Part shown: in pieces, positions 58,401 to 64,000 of the stretch | Numbering within the stretch: position 1 is the first letter of the stretch | Layout of the letters: each line of letters begins with the position of its first letter | From: Leptospiraceae bacterium | GTDB taxonomy: Bacteria > Spirochaetota > Leptospiria > Leptospirales > Leptonemataceae | Direction of reading: 5' to 3' | DNA: 64,000 bases | Assembly (NCBI GenBank): GCA_040217195.1 | Contig: JAVJNR010000002.1 | Coordinates: 416,001 to 480,000, forward strand | Notes under the pieces: model-generated | Seen by the model: only the letters and a program-made list of their open reading frames with translations | Database searches by the model: none | What the model was told of the DNA's origin: nothing | Translations under genes and position numbers: made by a program

Positions 58401-59648
58401 AAGCCAGTAACCGCTGATGCGGCCGGTACAGTCCGTATTTCTGGAGACAGTTTCTTCATCGAAGGTGAAGTGACCTCCATTCCAGTTCGAATCGGAACGG
58501 TGCTCAATGTTACCGAAACCCAGGTGGTGGAAGCTAACGGAAGCATCGCTACCTTTGACCCCTACAATGAAGTGGTGGTTGCTGATTCCAGAGGAAAGGT
58601 TAAGTTCGTCGACATTGAAGATGATAAGAACCTCAAGAAAGACGAGGAAGGAAACTATCGTTTGATCGAATATCGAAGAGAACGATTGAACCCTCGTATG
58701 CTCCTTGGATCGGAAGAGTATTCAGTTCCGCCAAATGCCATCGTTATGGCCCGTCATGATCAGGACGTGCAAACCGGTGATGTTCTCTATAAAATTGCAG
58801 CGGCTGCAGAAAAGACCCGGGATATTACCGGTGGTCTACCTCGAGTTGAGGAATTGTTTGAAGCCCGCCGCCCCCGTGAAGCATCTACCCTTGCTGAAGT
58901 GGATGGTAGAATTGAAGACCACAACGAAGTGGCCAAAGAGAAAAGAGTCTTCTATATTGTGTCTGATCTTGAAGAATCGGAGCGAATCAAAGTGGCTATC
59001 CCGGTATCCAATCGTCTCCGAGTCAGAAATGGAGACTACGTAAAAGCAGGAGACATGCTGGACGAGGGTATGCTGGATCCGCATGATATTCTACGAATCA
59101 AGGGCATCAATGCACTGCATAACTTCCTGGTTCATGAAGTTCAGGAAGTCTATCGTCTGCAGGGTGTATTTATCAACGATAAGCACATTGAGATTATCGT
59201 TCGCCAGATGCTACGCAAGCAAGAAGTGGATGATCCAGGGGATACAAGCTTTGTAGCGCACCAGCAGGTGGATAGATTCTCTTTCAGAGATGAAAATGAA
59301 CGAGTGGAGTCGGAAGGTGGTGTTCCTGCAACGGCCAAGCAGATCCTGCTTGGTATTACCAGAGCCTCTTTGAATACAGACTCTTTCATTTCGGCTGCTT
59401 CCTTTCAGGAAACTACCAGGGTGCTCACCGATGCAGCCATCAAAGGGAAGAAAGACCCTCTGCTTGGACTGAAGGAAAACGTGATCATCGGGCATTTGAT
59501 ACCTGCTGGAACCGGTCTGAAGCATTATCGTGATGTTGAGATATTCTACAAAGAATACGGTGATATTCAGAAACTGGAAAAAGAAAAGCGCGAAGCTGAG
59601 GAACAAATGGCCACGGGTCAGATTCCCCAGGAGGGTGTGCAGGGATAA
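55443..59648 (+). CDS. rpoC: RNA polymerase beta' subunit
   Basis: '[10 protein letters not shown]' active site, Zn finger and 'DITGGLPRV'. Confidence 0.99.
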   Translation: MATRNLNEFDSIRIMLASPERIRDWSHGEVKKPETINYRTLRPEREGLFCERIFGTTKDWECYCGKFKSIRYKGVICDRCGVEVTHSKVRRERMGHVELATPVAHIWYYRSVPSRMGLLLNMTINQLKSVLYYERYVIIDPSDSGRERGELIDEEEHYEYLDEYGDKFVAMIGGDAVKELLSRIDVDGDIREIRQKIAEGLKASDRRLLKRLEVLEALRESGNRPEWMMLDVTPVIPPELRPMVQLEGGRFATSDLNDLYRRVINRNNRLKRLLALKAPDIIVRNEKRMLQEAVDALFDNSRRKRSVKGKGNRPLKSLSDMLKGKSGRFRQNLLGKRVDYSGRSVIVIGPELKLHQMGLPKKMALELFKPFIMKRLVDLDLAPNIKSAKKKVEAEEKEVFEALDEVIKEHPVMLNRAPTLHRLGIQAFLPTLVEGKAIKLHPLVCKAFNADFDGDQMAIHVPLSPKAQLEAWMLMLSPHNLLNPANGAPVVSPSQDMVLGIFLMTSQLEGDAGEGKIFSNLDEIHYALSVGSVGLRSRVSVIHQDRLLQTTPGRVIFNAVMPEDYPYVNRAVSDKEITKIIAEIYDRYGAGHTVQMLDRVKELGFHYATLFAPSIAISDIQVSPKKQDLIAAANKEVADVTKAYKSGVITNDERSKKVIEIWTRTNDLITESMFSELEQDQKGFNPIYTMAASGARGSRAQIRQLAGMRGLMARPNGDIIELAIRSNFREGLGVLEFFISTHGARKGLADTALKTADAGYLTRRLVDIAQDVIVTETDCETPEGVIMTPVKEGDKVKMTLGDRAFGRVVAENIKDPVSGEVVIARNTLINRETGRQIDSMGIEAINIRSPLTCETRHGICARCYGMDLGRLKGVEMGEAVGTIAAQSIGEPGTQLTMRTFHVGGVATNLQVKENEHKLPFRALVNSISGRVVERSGGEKVFSTRGSINLSRINQVLETSKMIGLKVEDEQVVVPGEVIATGYDGEEKPVTADAAGTVRISGDSFFIEGEVTSIPVRIGTVLNVTETQVVEANGSIATFDPYNEVVVADSRGKVKFVDIEDDKNLKKDEEGNYRLIEYRRERLNPRMLLGSEEYSVPPNAIVMARHDQDVQTGDVLYKIAAAAEKTRDITGGLPRVEELFEARRPREASTLAEVDGRIEDHNEVAKEKRVFYIVSDLEESERIKVAIPVSNRLRVRNGDYVKAGDMLDEGMLDPHDILRIKGINALHNFLVHEVQEVYRLQGVFINDKHIEIIVRQMLRKQEVDDPGDTSFVAHQQVDRFSFRDENERVESEGGVPATAKQILLGITRASLNTDSFISAASFQETTRVLTDAAIKGKKDPLLGLKENVIIGHLIPAGTGLKHYRDVEIFYKEYGDIQKLEKEKREAEEQMATGQIPQEGVQG

Positions 59649-59745
59649 TCTGCAGACCAGCCAGAATTCTGGCAGCGGACTTTCGCGGACTCTGCCTGTG
59701 TATGAGCTCAAACCGAAGTCTTGACGCCAGAGATCAAGTTCTCCT

Positions 59746-59781
59746 AAAAAAGCGGCCTTAATGGGGCCGCTTTTCTATTTT
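59746..59781 (+). terminator. Intrinsic terminator after rpoC (could act in both directions)
   Basis: AAAAGCGGCC-TTAATGG-GGCCGCTTTT followed by CTATTTT. Confidence 0.85.
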
Positions 59782-60199
59782 CCATAGTCGCCGGGCGATA
59801 CAGATTGAGTCTAATTTTACTGGCCTTCTGCATTGTTACTAGATATGTGACATAATACAGGGCGATGTTCCGTGCGAAGACCGGGAACTGACGTCATGGA
59901 TAGGGGACAGGGAGTCCACACCCGTACAGAGTCACCAACCTATCCAATCTTAAAAAAAACCTGATTAATAAAGGGCCTATGGTCTGAATACCTCTTGCCA
60001 GGCAGGGGGCCTCCTTCTTTTGTGGTCTCTCGAGCCTGAAGCCTGAGCTGCTCCAGAGCGAACTGGCAAAACTGTGTCTCACAGGATGAGGTCACAAGTT
60101 GTCCGTTCTAACCGGTTTTGAGAAATTCAAGGATGCGGTAAGCGTCCTGGTATTTGGGGATCCGGGAAACTATATTCTCGAAGGGAGTGTATTAACTGA

Positions 60200-60574
60200 A
60201 TGCCAACAATTAATCAGTTAATCCGTCACGGAAGAAAACAACAGAAGAAGAAGACCAAGTCTCCTGCCTTGCTGGCCTGTCCTCAGCGCCGAGGGGTTTG
60301 TACGCGAGTGATGACTTTCACTCCTAAGAAACCTAACTCTGCATTGAGAAAGGTTGCTCGGGTTCGATTGACTACAGGTATCGAGGTCACCGCCTACATT
60401 CCTGGTGAGGGTCATAACCTCCAGGAACACAACGTAGTGCTGGTACGAGGTGGAAGGGTAAAAGACCTTCCTGGTGTTCGCTATCATATTATTCGCGGGG
60501 CTCTGGATACCCTGGGCGTGGAAAAGCGTCGTCAGGGGCGTTCCAAGTATGGAGCCAAGAGGCCCAAGGCGTAA
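60200..60574 (+). CDS. rpsL: 30S ribosomal protein S12
   Basis: 'MPTINQL', '[10 protein letters not shown]' and '[12 protein letters not shown]'. Confidence 0.99.
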   Translation: MPTINQLIRHGRKQQKKKTKSPALLACPQRRGVCTRVMTFTPKKPNSALRKVARVRLTTGIEVTAYIPGEGHNLQEHNVVLVRGGRVKDLPGVRYHIIRGALDTLGVEKRRQGRSKYGAKRPKA

Positions 60575-60583
60575 GGATTACAT

Positions 60584-61057
60584 ATGTCACGAAGAAGTCA
60601 GGCAGTACAAAAGCGATATGTGGCGCCAGATGCTCGTTACGGGGATCCGGTGGTTTCCAAGTTTATCAATTACTTGATGAGCGATGGAAAAAAGTCCACA
60701 GCCGAGCGAGTGTTCTATGACGCTATGGATCGTATCAAGGACAAGGCCGGTCAGGAAGGCGTGGAAGTCTTCCGGGAAGCCCTGGAAAACGTAAAACCAA
60801 CTCTGGAGGTTCGCTCCCGAAGAGTTGGTGGTGTTACCTATCAAGTGCCCGTTGAGGTGCGTCCTGATCGTATGCAGGCTCTGGCCATTCGCTGGATTGT
60901 GGGCTATGCCCGGAGTCGAAAAGGTCATTCCATGGCTGAGCGACTGGCTGATGAGTTGCTGGATGCCAAAAATAATGCCGGCGGCGCCGTGAAGAAACGA
61001 GACGATACGAGGAAAATGGCCGAAGCGAACAGGGCATTCAGTCACTATCGCTGGTAA
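60584..61057 (+). CDS. rpsG: 30S ribosomal protein S7
   Basis: '[14 protein letters not shown]' and '[13 protein letters not shown]'. Confidence 0.99.
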   Translation: MSRRSQAVQKRYVAPDARYGDPVVSKFINYLMSDGKKSTAERVFYDAMDRIKDKAGQEGVEVFREALENVKPTLEVRSRRVGGVTYQVPVEVRPDRMQALAIRWIVGYARSRKGHSMAERLADELLDAKNNAGGAVKKRDDTRKMAEANRAFSHYRW

Positions 61058-61069
61058 GCCGAGGTTTTT

Positions 61070-63172
61070 ATGAAACGAAAGATTACACTGGAGAGAACGC
61101 GCAATATCGGAATTATGGCGCACATTGATGCCGGTAAGACTACTACAACCGAGCGTATTCTCTTCTACACTGGGAAATCATACAAGATTGGTGAGGTTCA
61201 TGAAGGCGCTGCAACCATGGACTGGATGGTGCAGGAGCAGGAGCGTGGTATTACTATTACCTCTGCTGCTACCACTACCTTCTGGGAAGGTTCGGACCAT
61301 AACCGCGATTCTCACCGAATCAATATCATCGACACTCCGGGTCACGTAGACTTTACCGTTGAGGTAGAGCGATCTCTGCGTGTTCTGGACGGCGCTATTG
61401 CTGTGTATGACGGTGTGGCCGGTGTGGAGCCTCAGACAGAAACGGTTTGGCGACAGGCTGACCGCTACCGAGTGCCCAGAATGTGCTTTATTAACAAACT
61501 GGACCGAATGGGTGCAGACTTCTTCTACTGTGTGGATACCATTCGCGATCGATTGGGAGCGAACGGAGTTCCTATTCAGCTTCCTATTGGTAAGGAGGCT
61601 GATTTTCAAGGTGTTGTGGATCTGGTCGAGAACCGAGCCATTGTATGGTCCGGTGAAGAACTGGGAGCAAAATTCGATTATATCGATATTCCTGAAGAAC
61701 TCAAAGCTCAAGCTGAAGAGTACCGCATGAAGCTGATGGAAAGCGCGGCGGAATGCGACGATGAGCTTCTGGAAAAATACCTGGAAGAAGGCGAGCTGAC
61801 TATAGACGAGCTGAAACGAGCTATTCGAAAAGGCACTCTGGATCTGAAGATGTTTCCCATTCTTTGTGGAACAGCTTTCAAAAATAAAGGTGTTCAGCCT
61901 CTTCTGGATGCAGTGCTGGATTACATGCCGTCCCCACTGGACGTGCCCAACATTAAAGGTCATGCAGTGGATGATCCTGAAAAGGAAATTGAGCGTAAAA
62001 CAGGCGACGATGAGCCCTTCGCTGCGCTGGCTTTCAAGATTGTCAGTGATCCCTATGTTGGAAAGCTAACATATTTTCGAGTATATTCCGGCACATTGAC
62101 CAAAGGTTCGTATGTGCTGAATGCCACGAAAGGCAAGAAAGAGCGTGTGGGTCGATTGTTGCAGATGCATGCTAACGATCGTGAAGAAATAGATATTGTA
62201 TTTTCTGGTGATATTGGAGCCGCAGTTGGTCTGAAAGATACTTCGACCGGGGATACTCTGTGCACGGAAGATAGCCAGGTTATCCTTGAGTCCATGGACT
62301 TTCCTGACCCTGTGATCGACCTGGCGATTGAGCCTTTAACCAAGGCTGACCAGGAGAAGCTTTCTCAGGCTCTGGTAAGGCTGGCGGAAGAAGATCCAAC
62401 GTTTAAGGTTAAGACAGACCATGAAACGGGTCAGACGATTATCTCCGGCATGGGTGAATTGCACCTAGAAATTATCGTGGATAGGTTGAAGCGAGAGTTC
62501 AAGGTAGAGGCCAACGTGGGTAAACCCCAGGTTGCATACCGCGAGACAGTCCGCAAAGAAGTGGAAGTGGAATCCAAGTATATCAAGCAGACCGGTGGAC
62601 GTGGTCAGTACGGTCACTGCTATCTGCGAGTGGGTCCCAACGAATCTGGCAAGGGTTATGAATTCGTTAATAAGATTGTAGGCGGGGTAATTCCTCGCGA
62701 ATATATTCCGGCAATCGATCGAGGTTGTCAGGAGGCCATGCAGGCCGGCGTAATGGCTGGCTATCCGGTAGTAGATGTGAAAGTTGAAGTTTATGATGGA
62801 TCCTTTCACGATGTAGACTCCTCGGAGATGGCCTTCAAGATTTGCGCTTCTTTAGGCTTTAAGGATGCCTGTAAAAAGGCAAGCCCGGCACTTCTAGAGC
62901 CAATGATGGCTGTGGAAGTTGTTACCCCTGAAGATTACATGGGTGATGTTGTGGGCGACTTAAACCGAAGAAGGGGTCGTATCGGCTCTATGGAGCAGCG
63001 AGGTAATGCTCGTGTGATTTCGGCAGAAGTGCCTCTCTCTGAAATGTTTGGGTACGCAACCGATCTCCGAAGCTCTACACAGGGGCGAGCGGCGTATACA
63101 ATGCAATTCAAGCACTATGAGGAGGTACCGAACAGTATCGCTAATGAGCTAGCAGCCAAGGCTGCAGTTTAA
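61070..63172 (+). CDS. fusA: Elongation factor G
   Basis: 'AHIDAGKTT', 'RGITI', 'DTPGH' and 'GMGELHLE'. Confidence 0.99.
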   Translation: MKRKITLERTRNIGIMAHIDAGKTTTTERILFYTGKSYKIGEVHEGAATMDWMVQEQERGITITSAATTTFWEGSDHNRDSHRINIIDTPGHVDFTVEVERSLRVLDGAIAVYDGVAGVEPQTETVWRQADRYRVPRMCFINKLDRMGADFFYCVDTIRDRLGANGVPIQLPIGKEADFQGVVDLVENRAIVWSGEELGAKFDYIDIPEELKAQAEEYRMKLMESAAECDDELLEKYLEEGELTIDELKRAIRKGTLDLKMFPILCGTAFKNKGVQPLLDAVLDYMPSPLDVPNIKGHAVDDPEKEIERKTGDDEPFAALAFKIVSDPYVGKLTYFRVYSGTLTKGSYVLNATKGKKERVGRLLQMHANDREEIDIVFSGDIGAAVGLKDTSTGDTLCTEDSQVILESMDFPDPVIDLAIEPLTKADQEKLSQALVRLAEEDPTFKVKTDHETGQTIISGMGELHLEIIVDRLKREFKVEANVGKPQVAYRETVRKEVEVESKYIKQTGGRGQYGHCYLRVGPNESGKGYEFVNKIVGGVIPREYIPAIDRGCQEAMQAGVMAGYPVVDVKVEVYDGSFHDVDSSEMAFKICASLGFKDACKKASPALLEPMMAVEVVTPEDYMGDVVGDLNRRRGRIGSMEQRGNARVISAEVPLSEMFGYATDLRSSTQGRAAYTMQFKHYEEVPNSIANELAAKAAV

Positions 63173-63258
63173 AATGGCTGGACACTGTCGGTGCGAACAA
63201 AAATAAGGCTATTTCGCCTTTTGAGCAAACGCAAAAATCTGAAAGAAAGGTAAATTCA

Positions 63259-64000
63259 ATGGGTAAGCAAAAATTTGATCGTTCCAAACCTCACGTTAAC
63301 GTGGGAACAATTGGACACGTAGACCACGGAAAAACAACTCTAACTGCTGCAATTACTACTGTACTGGCAAAAGCAGGCGGTTCCAACAAAGCTGTTGGAT
63401 ATGCGGAAATCGATAACGCTCCTGAAGAAAAAGAGCGCGGTATTACTATCGCCACTTCTCACCAGGAATACGAATCCGAGAACCGTCACTACGCTCACGT
63501 AGACTGCCCCGGTCACGCGGACTATGTTAAAAACATGATTACTGGAGCGGCTCAGATGGATGCTGCAATTCTGGTAGTTTCCGCTGTTGACGGACCTATG
63601 CCGCAAACACGAGAGCACATCCTTCTGGCAAGCCAGGTTGGTGTGAAATACATCGTTGTATTCCTGAACAAAGTAGATACCATCAAAGAAGACGAAAGAG
63701 ATGAGATGGTGGAGCTGGTGCAGGAAGAAGTGAAAGATCTTCTGAAATCTTACGGGTATCCCGACGATACTCCATTCGTTATGGGTTCAGCGCTAAAAGC
63801 TCTGGAAGGTGATGAGTCCGATATCGGAGCTCCTGCAATCCTTAGGCTGATGGAGAAGCTGGATACATACGTACCCGAGCCTAAGCGAGATGTTGATAAA
63901 GACTTCCTGATGCCTGTTGAAGATGTGTTCTCCATTACCGGGCGAGGAACTGTTGCAACTGGTCGTGTTGAGCAAGGTCAGCTGAAAGTAAACGATGAAG
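63259..64000 (+). CDS. tuf: Elongation factor Tu, runs off the window end
   Basis: My translation: [27 protein letters not shown]...RGITI...DCPGHADY...NKVD. Not in the ORF track because there is no stop in the window. Confidence 0.99.
   Translation, partial: MGKQKFDRSKPHVNVGTIGHVDHGKTTLTAAITTVLAKAGGSNKAVGYAEIDNAPEEKERGITIATSHQEYESENRHYAHVDCPGHADYVKNMITGAAQMDAAILVVSAVDGPMPQTREHILLASQVGVKYIVVFLNKVDTIKEDERDEMVELVQEEVKDLLKSYGYPDDTPFVMGSALKALEGDESDIGAPAILRLMEKLDTYVPEPKRDVDKDFLMPVEDVFSITGRGTVATGRVEQGQLKVNDE

Noticed and set aside
59860..59910. Fluoride riboswitch look-alike (GGCGATG...)
   Set aside because: The pairing TCGCC arm and the GCTGATGAC pseudoknot segment are absent, and there is no fluoride-related gene downstream.
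60064..60120. c-di-GMP-I riboswitch look-alike (GGCAAAACTGTG...CACAG)
   Set aside because: No GNRA loop and no following GCAAAG/P2 element; rpsL context is implausible.
60300..60480. Streptomycin-resistance changes in RpsL
   Set aside because: The two key lysines (PKKP and RVKD) are intact; 'VMTF' looks like a lineage variant.
464..63975. The many 60-260 aa ORFs overlapping or antisense to assigned genes (e.g. 61178..61963, 49927..50460, 30690..31229)
   Set aside because: They are shadow frames of well-supported genes and have no motifs of their own.
1..64000. CRISPR array, IS/transposase, integrase, prophage or defence genes
   Set aside because: No regularly spaced direct repeats and no ORF with such motifs were seen by eye.

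Overview
Chromosomal window from a spirochete, most likely Leptospiraceae (Leptonema/Leptospira-like). The evidence is the RpoB rifampicin-pocket Asn, an RpoB sandwich-barrel insert, RpsL '[11 protein letters not shown]', GDAMGKS-type SpoIIE and 7TM sensors; this is recognition from memory, not a database result. Positions 1-48.2 kb are a mixed accessory/housekeeping region. It holds peptide ABC transporter genes split into four blocks (oppDF, yejABE-like, a second SBP, oppBC), three MCPs, an EAL phosphodiesterase, a 7TM-HAMP-SpoIIE-TPR phosphatase and a 7TM-PAS-RsbW-like kinase. It also holds a short leuA, PhoD, a MerR regulator, malic enzyme, an Ntn acylase, pirin, MlaD and three outer-membrane barrels. 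Positions 48.4-64 kb are the core tRNA-Thr/tRNA-Trp-secE-nusG-rplKAJL-rpoBC-rpsLG-fusA-tuf cluster. No CRISPR array, IS, integrase or prophage was seen. The most notable observations are: (1) a leuA lacking its regulatory domain, preceded by a Leu-codon leader whose downstream bases can pair with the leuA ribosome-binding site (candidate translational attenuator); (2) an unannotated 527-aa protein with three copies of a ~27-aa motif separated by low-complexity linkers; (3) a partly decayed two-component cassette between an ABC SBP and its permeases, including an uncalled frameshifted receiver pseudogene and a His-to-Tyr H-box; (4) a small family of Cys-paired beta-barrels.
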